A stretch of DNA of 64,000 nucleotides from Hypanus sabinus (Eukaryota), in the NCBI RefSeq assembly GCF_030144855.1, contig NC_082713.1:76074001-76138000 (forward strand), read 5' to 3'. The notes beneath the pieces were generated by a model. The model did not search any database. It was given only the letters and a program-made list of their open reading frames with translations, and was not told the DNA's origin. Shown in pieces: positions 1 through 14,109 of the stretch. Each line of letters begins with the position of its first letter. Positions within the stretch are counted from its first letter, which is position 1. Position numbers and translations under genes: made by a program.

Positions 1-3000
1 GGCATGATAAAATAAACTTATTCAAACCAAAAAATTTACGAGATTGAAACCAAATTCGCAATGTATATTTGACTATAGGATTAGTTATTTGTTTATTCAA
101 TTTAGATAAAGAAAAAGGAAGTGAAAATCCCAAGATTGAAAACAATGAAAAGTCTTGTACAGATTTACATTCCAAATTTACCCATTGTGGGCAAGCAGCT
201 GTAGTCAATTCTTGTGTCCAAAATATTAGATATCGTATATTAACTGCCCAATAGTAAAATCTCAAGTTTGGCAAAGCCAAACCGCCCTCCTTCTTAGGCT
301 TCTGTAAATATTTTTTGCCTAGTCTAGGATTTTTATTCTGCCACAGATAAGAAGATATTTTGGAGTCAATAATATCAAAAAAAGATTTAGAAATAAAAAT
401 TGGTAATGCTTGAAATAAATATAAGAATTTGGGCAATACCATCATCTTAATAGCATTAATTCTACCAACCAATGACAGAGATAGTGGAGACCAGCTGGTA
501 GCAAGTTGCTTAATCTGGTCAATTAAGGGTAAAAAGTTAGCTTGAAATAAACCTTTATGTTTTTTTAGTAATTTAAATACCTAAATAAGTAAAATAATCT
601 GTAACAACTTTAAATAGTAAATGTTTATGAATTGGAACTTGCATATTTAATGGAAATAATTCGCTCTTATTAAAATTCAATTTATAAACAGAAAAGTTAC
701 TAAACTGAGCAAGCAAGGACGAAATAGCAGGACTAGATCTTTCAGGGTCAGATATGTCTAGTAACAAATCATCAGCATATAATGATAACTTATACGTCCC
801 CTCCCCACAAGTAATACCCAAAATATTAGGCAATTCACGAATGGCTATAGCCAAAGGTTCTAAAGCGATGTCAAATAGTAAAAGACTTAAAGGACAACCT
901 TGCCTTGTACCACAGAATAACTGAAAAAAAGGAGATCTTTGATTATTGGTAAAAACCGAAGCCAAGGGTTTATGGTATATTAATTTAATCCATGATATAA
1001 ATTTTGAACTAAAATTAAAGTGCTGCATTGTATTAAATAAATATGGCCATTCAACTCTATCAAATGCTTTTTCAGCATCTAAAGAAATGACACATTCTGG
1101 TATTTTGAGTGAAGAAGTATAAATAATATTAATTAATTTTCTAATGTTAAAAGATGAATAGCGATTTTTAATAAATCCAGTCTGATCTTCAGAAATGATT
1201 CGAGGTAATATATTTTCTAATCTAGTAGCCAAAATTTTACTAAAAATCTTAAAATCCATATTCAGCAAGGATATAGGCCGATAGGATGCACATTCAATAG
1301 GGTCTTTATCTTCTTAAAGAATTAAAGAAATAGAAGCTTCATAAAAAGATTGTGGCAATTTGCCTATAGTTAACGCATCTTTAAAAATTTTACAAAGCCA
1401 AGGAGAAAGTATAGAGGAAAAAGATTTTAAAAATTCTGCAGAATAACCATCAGGACCAGAAGCTTTACCGGAATTCATTGAAAAAATAGCCTTTTTTATT
1501 TCATTTTCCGTGATGGGTATATCTAAGAATACACTATCCTCTACTGTTAATTTTGGAATATTCAATTTCCTTAAAAATTCATTTATTATGGAAGAATCCT
1601 CAGCAAATTCTGATTGATATAAGGAATTATAAAAATCTTGAAAGGCTTTATTTATCTCTTTATGGTCGATCGTCAGAGTGCCATCTTGTTTACGAATCCT
1701 AGTAATCTGTCGTTTAGCCGAAGCAGTTTTCAATTGATTAGCCAATAATTTACCAGACTTATCTCCATATACATAAAACTGGGTTCTAGATTTAATTAAC
1801 TGATTTTCAATCGAAGAGGATAATAACAAACTATGCTCCATTTGAAGTTCCACTCTTTCTTTATAGAGTTCTTTGCTGGGGGTCACTGAATAAATCTTAT
1901 CAATTGCCTTGATTTTATCAACCAATGTTAATATTTTAGAATTAGTTCATTTCGTAACTCCAGCAGAGTATGAAATAACCTGCCATGAATAAATGCTTTA
2001 AAAGTGTCCCATAAAATTCCACTCGAGATCTCTGCTGTATGTAGAATCTGTTGAGAAAAACAAATCAATTTGTTGTTTGATAAAATTGACAAAGTCTAAG
2101 TCCTGCAATAAAATAGAGTTGAACCTCCAAGATTTAGCATTAATAGATGAATCTATTAACTTAATAGATAACTTCAAAGGTGCATGGTCAGAAATAGTAA
2201 TAGAGTCATATTTACAATCAATATCATCTGTAAGTAAACGGTGATCAATGAAAAAGTAATCAATTCTTGAATAATTGTGATAAACATGAGAAAAGTATGA
2301 AAACTCTTTGTTATTGGGGTGTAAAAAACGCCAAATTTTGAAAATTGCTGAATCAGTCATAAAGGAATTAATAAGAGAGGCCGATTTATTCGGAAGAGCT
2401 TGGGTGGGCTTGGATCTATCCATCGAAGGGTTTAAACAACAGTTAAAATCCCCATCCATTATCAGACTGTATTGATTCAAATTGGGAAAGGATGTAAATA
2501 GACACTTAAAAAATTCAGGACAATCAGTGTTTGAAGCATAAACATTAACTAAAACAACTTTTTGATTAAAAAGTAGACCAGTAATAAGCAAAAATCTACC
2601 TTGTGGGTCTGAAATTGTTTTATGATGTATAAAGGAGGTTGAAGAAGCTATAAAAATGGAAACACCCCTTACTTTGGCTTGAGAATTCGAGTGATATTGT
2701 TGGTCTTTCCAAAACCTAAAAAAGCATTGACTATCCACCTTCCTTACATGAGTCACTTGTACAAAGATAACATTAGCGTTCATTCTATGGAATACTTTGA
2801 ATTTTTTTTCCGTTTGATTGGATGATTTAAACCATTAGTATTCCAAGAAACAAAGTTAATAACCCTATCCATATTGACAATATTTATTACAATTAATGCA
2901 TAAGGTTAAAAAAAAGATGAACTCATGTGTCCGGAAGAGGGAAGTAAGTTCAAGGAGAAACCAGAAGTCACGGCACTGCAACCATTTTTGTAGTTTCATA

Positions 3001-3125
3001 TGAGCCCATGAAATAAAACTAAGCATAAAGCAAGCAAAAAGAAAAGAAAGAAGAAAAATCCCCCTCCCTCCACCCTCAAAACCCCAGGAAAAAAGCCAAA
3101 AAGAGGCACAGAGACTGGTACATTT
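1..3125 (-). mobile_element. L1-clade LINE, 5'-truncated, ORF2 (APE endonuclease + reverse transcriptase) broken by frameshifts/stops; runs off the window edge
   Basis: ORF2 starts MDRVINFVSWNTNGLN at 2872. ORF 1998-2783 has endonuclease motifs (GDFN, YSRIDYFF, ISDHAP). ORFs 1314-1925 and 573-1268 have GPDG, DAEKAFD, GTRQGCPLS, LYADD, YLGI. AT-rich. Confidence 0.95.
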
Positions 3126-4467
3126 TAACAATCAGGTGGTTGAACCAGATGCACAAAAATATTTAGATCAACACTAAGATAATCGGGGCATAGAGGGAAA
3201 TGGACTCTCTGCAGAAGGTGGAATTAGTTTAATTTAGTAACATAGCCTGCACAGACATGATGAGTTGAAAGACCTGTTTCCCTGTTGAGGGTTCTATGCA
3301 TACATGAGTTAGAGTGAGATGCTAGAAAGCAGTTGACCCACACTCAGAGAGCTTCATGCCTGTACTTCTCACCATCAGCCATCTCCACAGCAGAAATCCA
3401 AAGATAATGATGGGAAAAATAGCTGGAAAAAGTTTCTCTGACCCAACAGGCCAATTGGAGGAGATCACGTGGACCATGTCTCCTGCTATTGTCCTGAGAC
3501 ATTGATTATTGCTCTCTTTGCAGATGTGTTGACTAACCCACTGAGTATGCGCAGCAATTTCCTCCAGTCTCTGGAACAAATCAAGATCACTCTTGTAGGT
3601 TTTAGAGAATCAGTGCTTGCCACCCGAGAAGGCAGGATGCTCCAAAGTTCCACATAATTCTTTCAGTTACTCATGCCAAATCCACTGTCACCATGGAGGT
3701 GAAGGCACTGGAGTGAAACCTGATCCAGGAAGCAGCAACGACAAAATCTTGGCCCAAAGTGAATCCTCCAGATGAATTTTAGAGGATCAGAACTCAGAAG
3801 ATACAACAGGACAGGACAGAAACTGGACCTTCGGGTCACCAAGTTCATGCCTACAATAGGAGGTGTGGGAAGGTAATGAAGTTTTTGGTGGGATTTCTTG
3901 GGACCTTGGGCCTTGATCCTAATTCAAGTTCCCATCCATCTACCACATACCAATGACTTCTTTGTTCTCACCTGTGGTCTATTAACACAAGGTTTGGTTG
4001 CAAGTCCCAGGTGTGACGTGGATAGCTGAGAGAATCCAATAGTCTTTATCTATCAGAAATCAAACTGGTGGAACTCAGTGGGTCAAGTAGCATCTGTGAC
4101 GAGCAATAGACAGCCAACATTTTCTCATCCAGATGAAGATCCAACCTAAAGCATCTATTGTCTAAATCCTTCCATATATGCTGCCTGATCCATTGAGTTC
4201 CTTGAGAATTCTGATGTTGTTCCAGATTCCAGAATATGCTGTCTCCTAATCTTTAGCAGTCCAGACTTCAGGAATGTTAGAACTAGTCCCATTACTCAGA
4301 ATTTATTTTTATTGTAACATATATACATCAAATAAAAAAAATAATTAAATAAGTAGTGCAATAAGAGAGAAATAAAGGAAAAAATAGTGAGGTAGTGTTC
4401 ATGGGTTCGTTGTCTGTTGGGAAATCTCATGGTGGATGGGAAGAAGCTGTTCCTGAGTTGTTACAAC

Positions 4468-6530
4468 CCACACAAAATGCTGGAGGAACTCAGCAGGCCA
4501 GGCAGCATCTATGGAAAATAAGTACAGTCAACATTTTGGGCTGAAACCCTTCGGCAGAACTGGAGAGAAAAAGCTGAGGAGTAGATTTGAAAGGTGGAGG
4601 AAGGAGAGAGAGAAACGTAGATGATAGGTGAAACCCGGAGGAGGAGGGATGAAATAAAAAGCTGGGAAGTTGATTGGTGAAAGCGGCAGAAGGCCATATA
4701 AAAGAGAAAAGGGGGAGTAACACCAGAGAGAGGTGACGGGCTTGCAAAACAGACAGACATACTTTATTAATGCAGAGGGAAATTGAGTTTCGTTACAGCC
4801 GCACCAACCAAGAATAGTGAAGAAATATAGCAATATAAAACCATAAATAAATAAATAATAATAAGTTAATCATGCCAAGTGGAAATAAGTCCAGGACCAG
4901 CCTATTGACTCAGGATGTCTGACACTCTGAGGGAGGGGTTGTAAAGTTTGATGGCCACAGGTAGGAATGTCTTCCCATGATGCTCAGTGTTACATCTCGG
5001 TGGAATGAGTCTCTGGCTGAATGTACTCCTGTGCCTAACCAGTACATTATGAAGTGGATGGGAGACATTGTCCAAGATGGCATGCAACTTGGACAGCATC
5101 CTCTTTTCAGACACCACTGTCAAAGAGTCCAGTTCCACCCCCATAACACCACTGGCCTTACAAATGAGTTTGTTGATCCTGCTGGTGTCTGCTACCCTCA
5201 ACCTGCTGCCCCAGCACACAACAGCAAACATGATAGCACTGGCCACCACAGCCTCGCAGAACATCCTCAGCATCGTCCGGCAGATGTTAAAGGACCTCAG
5301 TCTCCTCAGGAAATAGAGACAGCTCTGACCCTTCTTGTAGACAGCCTCAGTGTTCTTTGCCCAGCCAGTTTATTGTCGATTCATATCCCCAGGTATTTCT
5401 AATCCTCCACCATGTCCACACTGACCCCTTGGACAGAAACAGGGGTCACCAGTGCCTTAACCCTCCTCAGGTCCACCACCAGCTCCTTAGCTCCTTAGGA
5501 GATAAGATGAGAGAGGAAAAGGAGATGGGAAATGGTGAAGGGGTGAAGGTCATGACCAGAAGTTCGAGAAATCAATGTTCATGCCATCCGGTTGGAGACT
5601 ATTCAAACAGAATACTGGGTGCTGTTCCTCCAACCGAAGTGTGGCCTCATCCCAACAGTGGAGGAGTTCATGCTTGGATATATTGGAATGGGAATGGAAA
5701 GTGGAATTAAAATGGGTGGCCACTGGGGGATCCCGCTTGTTCTGATGGCTGGAGCGTGGATGCTCGGCGAAGTGATCTCCCAATCTATGTCAAGTCTCAC
5801 TGAATACAGGAGGCCACACTGGGAGCACCAAACACTGTAAATGACTCCAACAGGCTCACAGGTGAAATGTCGCCTCACCTGGAAGGACTGTTTAGGGCCA
5901 TGAATGGTAGTGAGGGAGGAGGTGTAGGGGCAGGTGTAGCACTTGTTCTGCTTGCAAGGATAAGTGCCAGGAGGGAGATCAGTGGGGAGGCATGAATGGA
6001 CAAGGGAGTCAAGTAGGAAAGAATCCCTGCGGAAAGCAGAAAGTTCAGTGAAAGATATGCTTGCTGGTGGGATCCATTGGAGATGGTGGAAGTTTCAGAA
6101 AGTTATGTGCCGGATGCGGAGGCTGATTGGGTGGTAGGTGAGGACAAGGGGAGCCCTATCCCAGTTAGGATGATGTGCATGAAATGGAAGAGATGCGGTT
6201 GAGGGCAGCTTTGATGGTGGAGGAAGGGAAGCCCCTTTCTTTGAAAAAGGAGGACACCTCCTTTATTCTGGAATGAAAAGCCTCATCCTGAGAGCTGATG
6301 TGATGAACATGGAGGAAATGAGAGAAGGAGAAGGCATTTTTACAAGTAGAAGGGTGGGCGAGGTATAGTCCAGGTAGCCCGTGTGAGAGTCGTATGTTTG
6401 TAATAGACATCGGTGGATAAGCTATCTTCAGAGATAAACAAAAAGTGAGATGGAGAAAGGGGAGGGAGGTGTCGGAAATGGACCAGGTGAATTTGAGGGC
6501 GGGGTGGAAGCTGGAGGCAAAGAGGATGTA
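4468..6530 (-). mobile_element. Penelope-like element (RT C-terminus + GIY-YIG endonuclease + terminal pLTR), decayed, interrupted by a Rex/Babar LINE
   Basis: ORFs 5603-5878 and 5550-5783 encode FTCEPVGVIYSVWCSQCGLLY...GDHFAEH...PVATHFNS...LEEQH...LQPDGMNIDFS (GIY-YIG type). 4468-4740 is the recurring pLTR end (acacaaaatgctggaggaactcagcaggccaggcagcatctatgg). Confidence 0.85.
4750..5490 (-). mobile_element. Rex1/Babar-type LINE 3' fragment nested in the Penelope-like element
   Basis: ORF 4902-5273 (VVASAIMFAVVCWG...ILDNVSHPLH...FLPVAIKLYN) is the typical C-terminus of this clade. (ctgt)n-type tail at 4750-4760. Confidence 0.85.
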
Positions 6531-6559
6531 GGCAACGAGTTCAGTACAGGTACAGGAAG

Positions 6560-7045
6560 CAGCACCAATGCATTTGTTGAGTTGTTGTACTTCCGCCCTG
6601 ATGGCAGCAATGCGAAAAGTACATACCCTGGGTGATGGCGTTCCTTAACGACGGATGCCACCTTTTCGAGGCATCGCCTTTTGAAGATGTCCTCAATGCT
6701 GGTGAGGCCAATGCCCATGATTCTCAGCCAGCTCAGAGTTTGCAACTTTCCACAGCTTTTTCCGATCCTGTGCAGTGACCCTTCCATACCAGACAGTGAT
6801 GCAGCCAGTTAGAATGCTCCCCACGGTACATCTGTAGAAATTTGTGAGTGTCTTTGGTGACATTCCAAACCTCCTCAAAATCCTAATGAATTATAGCTAC
6901 TGTTGTGCCTTCTTTGTAATGGCATCAATATGTTGGACACAGAAGACAGCTTCAGAGATGTTGACATGCAGGAACTTGAAACTGCTCACACTTTCCACTG
7001 CTGATCCCGTGATATCGACCGGTGTGTGCTCCTTTGACATCCCCT
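6560..7045 (-). mobile_element. Rex1/Babar-type LINE fragment
   Basis: ORF 6693-6878 RRFGMSPKTLTNFYRCTVGSILTGCITVWYG; HHPGYVLFALLPSGRKY in ORF 6428-6787. Confidence 0.85.
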
Positions 7046-7079
7046 TCAACAGATTTAACCTTCCCGTATGGAAACCTTT

Positions 7080-7600
7080 CCTATTTCTTATTTTGCTGTA
7101 ATCAGCTGGGACATTTCCTTTAAAAATATTCCTCAGCTGTAATCAGATGCCGGACACAGCCCACACATCTTGAAAGAAAAGCTTTATGTTTGCTAAAAGA
7201 TAAAGGCCAAATATGCTGCTGATCCAAGCAAACAGCCCCCACTCTGATCCTAACACAGGCCCCTCCCTACATACCAAAGGCCTGGGTGCCAGATTCAGAA
7301 CGAGAGGGAGGGAGGGAGGGAGGAAGAGAGAGATGGAGAGGGTGGGAGGAGGAGGGACGGAGGGAAAGAGGGAGAAGGAGGAAGAGAGGGAGGGAGGAGG
7401 AGAGAGGGAGGGAGGAAGAGAGAGAGGAAAAAATGTCTTGCTATATTCTGGGTCCTGCCCAAATATAGCCAGCCTGTAACACAGCTGCACCACAGCTTGC
7501 TGAGCCCTGGCTTTGCAAACACCAAGTTCAAACATCACTGGGAGTGTCAGAGCAGTCCAGAAGGGGAGTTCAGCCTCGCAGATCCAGGAACCCAGCTGCG
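7080..7600. promoter_or_regulatory. Candidate muscle-type promoter/enhancer (MEF2/CArG-like motifs plus CAGCTG E-boxes)
   Basis: Repeat-free island with CCAAATATAGCC (about 7459-7470), GCTATATTCTGG (7440), CCAAATATGC (7208) and CAGCTG at about 7102, 7134, 7482, 7593. Motif matches only. Confidence 0.3.
7303..7432. repeat. Polypurine (GA/GGA-rich) low-complexity tract
   Basis: About 130 bp almost entirely G/A on the + strand. Confidence 0.9.
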
Positions 7601-9479
7601 AAGATGAGCTCTGAGCTCTGGAGCTGTCTGTGTGGAGTTGCAAGTTCTCCCTGTGACTCCCTGCTGGTGCTCTGGTTTCCTAAAGACGCACAGGCTGTTG
7701 CAAGTTGTTTCTCTGTGTGCGTGAGAGAGGGAGAGTCTGGGGTGTTGATAGGATGGTGGGGTGGGGGTGGGAGAATGAGATAGAGAGTGAGGATTTGATG
7801 AGCCTTGCTCTTTGACACAGTTAACACGGGCTGATCTTGGGCCGAAGAAGAGAAGGAAATAGATGGGAATCCAGTTGCTGTAAAGCAAGATGGCCGAAAG
7901 GCAGGTTGCGGCGCAGCAGTCTGGAACACGGCAATGCTGACGGAGAGTGGCGGACCACGCCGGAGGCTGTTGCAGTCCGAAGGTCCGGGTATAGGCTTGC
8001 AGAGTTGTCAGCTGCAGAGTGAGCATGGGCTACGGGCACATGGGGGAGTGGAGCCAGTAGGGGAGAGAGTCTGAAAAAGGAGCTGTGATTGCACAGAAGT
8101 AGGCCTTTTTAACCAGTGGCTACCTAGCGATAGCAATTCCATTAAAAAAACACCTTGTCTGGAGCCCAGGGGGCAGTGGATTTGTGGAGGCCCCACCTGC
8201 TCCAGGTCAGTCTTATTCTGGCATCCACCATTCTGATGCTGAGTTACTCCTGCACCCTAGAGCACAGACGATGTAACATTTACTCCTGTACAGCCCCCTC
8301 CACTTGCCCAGTCTGTACTCTCTCTGTTTGTCACCCAGCTATCCCACAGGCAGTGAGAAACATGCTTGATACTGTCCACCCACCTCGGTACAGTTTCCAC
8401 TCACCACCAACTCTCCCTGAGTCCTGTCCCCTTTATGTGCCCTCCCAAAACAGCTCGCCCACTCAACGCTGTCTCTGCATGGTGAAAGGCTCCCCCTAAA
8501 GCTGCTACCTAGCCTGTTGTCAATGTCTCATCTCCTGGACCGCAGCAGCAGGAAAGCCTGCAGTTTGAGGCCTAGTCCTTGTTACAACTGAGGCCATGTA
8601 GCCCCACCCCCACCCATCCCGGCCTTCTGTCACGCCACCAAACAAGGGAAACAGGCCTGCAATATCTTACATTATCAATGTCTAACAGGGTCTTGCGATC
8701 GCAAGAGAAACATTCAAGAGTGATGAAGGTTCTCAACCTGAAATATCAGTCTTCCTTTATTCCTCTCCCTGGATGCTACCTGACCTGCTGAGTTCTGTTT
8801 TCTTTGTTAAAGCACTGGGGACATCTGCCTGTGTTGTACAAACTCAACCCAAACCCCGAATTCATGTGTGAAAGGTATGAATGGGGCCCAGTGTGATGAG
8901 GTTGTGAAGCAGCACGTGTACAGCCCAAAGTGCCCGCCACACCTGGTCCCTTGTCCTGTACTTCTCCCTAATCTTTCTTATTCATGAACCTGTCCAAATA
9001 CATACCTGCTTAACACCATCACTGTACTGGCCTCTGGCAGCTAGTTCAGAACTCAATGCCCAATGTGAGGAAAACATACCCTGAAGATCCACTTTACATT
9101 GTTCCCTCTTGCCTTAAGCCTACCCTACCCCGCTCAAGTTTTAGACTTCCCTAACATGAGAAAAATAATTGATTATCAACTCTCTGTCTATGAATTTATA
9201 AATCTCTGTCAGTTCACACCTTAGGCTCCATTCCTCTCAGGAAAATGGTCCATGCTTATCCAGTCCCCATTTATAACTTAACCCTCCATTCACTGTGAAT
9301 CTTTTCTGCACCCTCTCTTAGTTGGTCAAATCCTTGTGTTTGTGTGGTGACCAGACAGTATACAATACTCTCAATGCGGCCTTACTGATGTCTTGTGCGT
9401 GATATCGCATCTGCTTTACTCAATACCTGAGTAATGAAGACCAGCAACACACAAAGTGGTGGAAGATCTCAGCAGACTG

Positions 9480-10480
9480 GACAGGACTTGCTCCTACACC
9501 CTCCTCTCACTACGATTCAGGGCCCCAAACAGTCATCCGGGCGAGGCGACATTTAACCTGCGAGTCTGTTGGGGTCATATACTGGGTGGCAAGGTAGCAT
9601 AGTGGTTAGCACAACACTTTACAGTTCCAGCGACCCAGGTAAGGAGATGTACTGGTTGGTAAGTTAATTGGTCATTGTTAATTGTCCCTTGATTAGGCCA
9701 GGGTTAACTCGGGGGTTACTGGGTGGCGCGGCCTACTCTGCACTGTATGTCAATCGATAAAAAGTAAACTATCCGGAGCTCCCGGTGTGGCCTCCTGTAT
9801 ATCAGTGAGACCCCACGTAGATTGGGAGACCGCTTCACCGAGCACCTATGCTCCGTCGACCACAAATGCAGGATCACCCAGTGGCCACCTATTTCAATTC
9901 TACTTCCCACTCTGACATGTCAGTCCATGGCATCCTCTGGTGAGGCCACGCTCGGGTTAAGGAGCAACACCTTATATTCCAACTGAGCAGCCTCCAACCT
10001 AATGGAATGAACATCGATTTCTCATACTTCCAGCAATTGCCTCCATCTGCTTCACTATTCCCCCCATCTGCTTCACTATTCCCCATTCCTCTTTCCCTCT
10101 CACATTTTCTCTTCCTTCCTGCCCATCACCTCCCTCTGGTTCTCCTCCTCCTTCCCTTTCTTCCATGGTCTTCTGTCCTCTCCAATCAGATTCCTCCTCC
10201 TCCAGCCCTTTATCTCTTTCACCAACTTCAAAGCTCTTTACTTCAACCCCTCCCCTTCTCCCTGTTTTACCTATCACCTGCCACCTTGTACTTCATTATC
10301 TACCCCCTACTTTCTTACTCTGACTTCTCCCCTTCCTTTCCAGCCCTGATGAAGAGTCTCAGCCCAAAATGCCAACAGTTTACTCTTTCCCATAGATGCT
10401 CCCACAACTGCTGAGTTCCTCCAACATTCTGTGTGTGTTGTTTTGGATTTCCAGCATCGGCAGATTTTCTCTTGTTAATA
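9480..10480 (+). mobile_element. Penelope-like element 3' part (GIY-YIG + pLTR) with a tRNA-derived SINE inserted at about 9585-9770
   Basis: Same sequence as the 5550-5900 element in opposite orientation (acctgcgagtctgttggggtcatatac...gaacatcgatttctc). SINE head gtggcaaggtagcatagtggttagcac. pLTR with degenerate CTGATGA core at about 10346. Confidence 0.85.
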
Positions 10481-11870
10481 AAGGTAAGCATACCATGTGC
10501 CTCCTTCACCACCCTGTCTACCTGTGCCACCATAGAACCATGGAACATTGCAGCACAGAAACAGGCCTTTTCCCCTTCTTGGCTGTGCCGAACCATTTTT
10601 CTGCCCAGTCCCACTGACCTGCACCCAGACCATATACCTCCATACACCTCTCATCCATGTAGCTGTCCAAGTTTTTCTTAAATGTTAAAAGTGAGTCCGC
10701 ATTTACCACTTCATCTGGCAGCTCCCACTACTCTCTGTGTGAAGAAGCCCCGCCCCCAATGTTCCCTTTAAACGTTTCCCCCTTCACCCTTAACCCACGT
10801 CCTCTGGTTATTTTCTCCCCTAACCTCAGTGGAAAAAGCTTGCTTGCATTCACTCTATCTATACCCATCATCATTTGATATACCTCTATCAAATCTGCCC
10901 TCATTCTTCTACACTCCAGAGAATAAAGTCCTAACCTATTCAACCTTTCTCTGTAACTCAGTTACTCAAATCCCGGCAACATCCTTGTAAACTTTCTCTG
11001 CACTCTTTCAACCTTATTAATAACCTTCCTGTAATTCGGTAACCAAAACTGTACACAATTCTCCAAATTCGGCCTCACCAATGCCTTTTACAACCTCACC
11101 ATAACATTCCAACTCTTATACTCAATACTTTGATTTATAAAGGCCAATGTACCAAAAGCTCTCTTTACTACGCTATCTACTTGTGATGCCACTTTTAGGG
11201 AATTATGTATCTGTACTCCCAGATCCCTCTGTTCTACTGCACTTCTCAGTGCCCTACCATTTACCTTGTATGTTCTAACTTGGTTTTTCCTTTCACTTTC
11301 AGGGCACTCTGTGCTTTCCCCCTCTTTCAACAATGATGCTGCCACCCACTTTGAACTGTATCCTGCCCTGATTCAATTTTCCAAAATGTATCATTTTGTC
11401 CTTGTCTGAGTTAAATTCCTTCTGCTCTTCCTTGGCCTGCTTTTCAAGTTGATATCATCTTATTGCAACATTAGATAACATTCTTCACTGTTCTCATCAC
11501 CACCTATTCTAGTGTCTTCCACAAACTTACTAATCATGCCACAGGCATTCTCATCCAAGTCTTCAACAGATCTGGCAAGTAACTGGGAACAGAGTACAGA
11601 TCCTTCCCTGACATCACTAGTCATGTTCCTTCAATATGAAAAGCAGCCTGGCACTGCCAGTTTGTAACTCCTGGCATTGAGCCAATTATGTTTCTATCTG
11701 GCAAGCTCAGCCTGCATTCCATGTGATCAATATTCCAAACCAGCAGGACCTTGTCAACAGTCAATGTCGTTATCGATCAGCCTACCCTCATCAGCCTCTT
11801 CAAAAAAACCTTCCAGTTAAATTCACGAGTCAGGATTTCCAAACACAAAGCAATGCTGACTATCCCTGAT
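10480..11870 (-). mobile_element. CR1-clade (HER1-like) LINE fragments, at least two nested copies
   Basis: ORFs 10728-10943 (LGLYSLECRRMRADLIEVY) and 11088-11345 (EQRDLGVQIHNSLKVASQVD) are CR1 ORF2 C-terminal motifs. Confidence 0.9.
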
Positions 11871-12679
11871 CAAATTTGGGCAGGTCCTGATGCACATATT
11901 GTATATGTCTACACGTGTTTTGTATGTATGTGTATCAAAGTCAAAGGCAAGTTTATCATCATATGGACAAGTACTTGTATGCACAGATGTGATGGAACTC
12001 TTACAGCAGCTTCACAGGCTTCAGATTCAAAACATTAAGAAGAAAAAAACATGAATTAACAAAAATAATATTAATATTATAGAGGAAAGATCATAACTTG
12101 AACAAGATTAACTGCCTATTATGCAAAGTGGTCATTGTGTTGCATATGAGTACGAATGTCAATGGGGTCAGAGAAAGCCTTCCTTTTAATCCTGATAAAT
12201 TTCTAAACTGCACTAGACAAACTGACACCCCTCGAGGGCCTCCACACTAGGGTGGGAAAAGAAAAAATTGTGTTGATAAGTATGAGAGTCCTTACTGCTT
12301 CTCTTGACAAAGTAATTAAAACATGGTCTTGTGATAAAGAACAGAAAGTGAAGATCAAAGTGGCAGATCCTGGACATCTGAAATGATCTAAAATAATCTC
12401 CACCTTCTTTACTCCCTAAAGTATCCTATTTTTCACTTTCCTAGTTCTGACAAAGAATTCTGGACTTAAAACATTGACTGTTCCTCTCTCCACAGATGCT
12501 GCTAGGCCTACTAAGAGTTTCCAACATTTTTCTGTTTTGATTTCGGATTTCAGTCACCTGCAGATTTGAATTTTCTAATCACCAGGTCTTTGTAATTGTC
12601 CACCCCACCTCCAACCTCACCTACTTTCCCTCATCCATCGATGGTGTATCAATGAAGGTCAATGCCACCTCTAGGAACA

Positions 12680-14005
12680 GAAGCGAGCCTGGCAGAAATA
12701 CTTGGATTATCTTTAGCCATGTGTGAAATACCAGATGATTGGAGAGGGGCTATTGTTGTGCCTTTATTTGATAAAGAGGCTGCAAGGACAATCCAGACAA
12801 CCATAAAAAGTGAACCTAATATTAGTTGCAGGAAAGTGATAGAAGGCAATTCTGAGTGCAATGATCTACCAGCAATTGGAAAGGCAGGATTGATTAGGAA
12901 TAGTCAGCATGGTTTTGTCTGTTAGAAATCTCACAAATTTGAATGAGTTTTTTTGAAGAGGTGACATGGACAAATGACAAGCTCAATTTTTTAGAGGTTG
13001 ACTATATGGACTTTATCAAGCTTTTTGATGAGGCTGGTCAGGGACATTATATCACTTGGGGTCCAGGATAAGCTAGCCAATTTGATGAAATATTGACTTG
13101 ATGGATGGTGATCATAGCGGTAGTGCAGGCCTGCTCTTCTGACCGGAGTCCTGTAACCAGCGGTGTGCCTCAGGTTGTTTGCCATCCATTTTAGCACTCT
13201 GGGTGACAACATTGTTGATATGGTTTGTGGACGATACCAAAACCAGTTCATGGTGGACCGCGATGAAGCTTATCTAAGATTACAACAGGATCTACATGAA
13301 TTGGCCATGTGGGTCAAGGAATTTCAGAAGAAGCTTAACTTGGACAAATGTGAGGTGAGGCAGGACCTGGTATGGCCCTGGAGAGACCAAGCATACAGAT
13401 ATCTAGTTCATTAAAATGTAGGGATGCAGGTAGATAGGGTAGTGAACCAGGTATTTGGCCTGTTTGCCTTCATCGGTCAAAGCATTGAGCTCAACTGTGT
13501 AAGTTATTGGTGAGACCACACATAATTCTGGTCACCCAGCTGTAGGAAGGATGTCATTAAGCTGGAAAGGGTGTAGAAAGAGTTCACAAGGATGTTGCCA
13601 GGACTGGAAAACATGTTATAAGTTTGAGCTGGGTAAGGTGGGACATTTTTCCTTTCAGTATAGGAGGGTGAAGGGTGACCTTGTAGAGGTATATAAAATC
13701 ATGAAGGGGATTAGATTAGGCAGATGGTCACGGCCTTTTTCTCAGGGTAGAGATGTCTGTAACTAGAGTGCATAAGGTGAGAGGGAAAGTATTTAGAAGG
13801 GAACTGAGGGACAGGATTTTTTTACACAGTGTATATGGAGTAAGCTGAGTCAAGGTGAATGCAATTACAATGTTTAAAAGACATTTGGATAGGTACATGG
13901 ATAGGAAGGTTCAGAGGGCATAGGGCCAGATTGGAAAAGCTGAGATAGATACCTTGGTCAACATGGACAATTGGGGCTCAAGAGACTGTTTTTATCCTCC
14001 TGTAA
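12680..14005 (+). mobile_element. Decayed CR1-clade LINE
   Basis: IPDDWRGAIVVPLF, SQHGFV, LQQDL...W...LNLDKCEV, RRVKGDLVEVYKIMKG. Confidence 0.85.
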
Positions 14006-14109
14006 CTGAACCACAAATACCAGCTGCCATACTCACATACACACGCTGATGCGCACGCATGTGTTTGTACACACACAGATGCCTACATGCATGTACTGTG
14101 TGTGAGTGC

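Noticed and set aside
7934-8018. Plus-strand first coding exon MLTESGGPRRRLLQSEGPGIGLQSCQLQ with gtgagc donor
   Set aside because: No convincing downstream plus-strand exons and no recognisable product.
9585-9640. tRNA-like sequences (also about 41930 and 63600)
   Set aside because: SINE heads with A/B-box remnants; no full cloverleaf.
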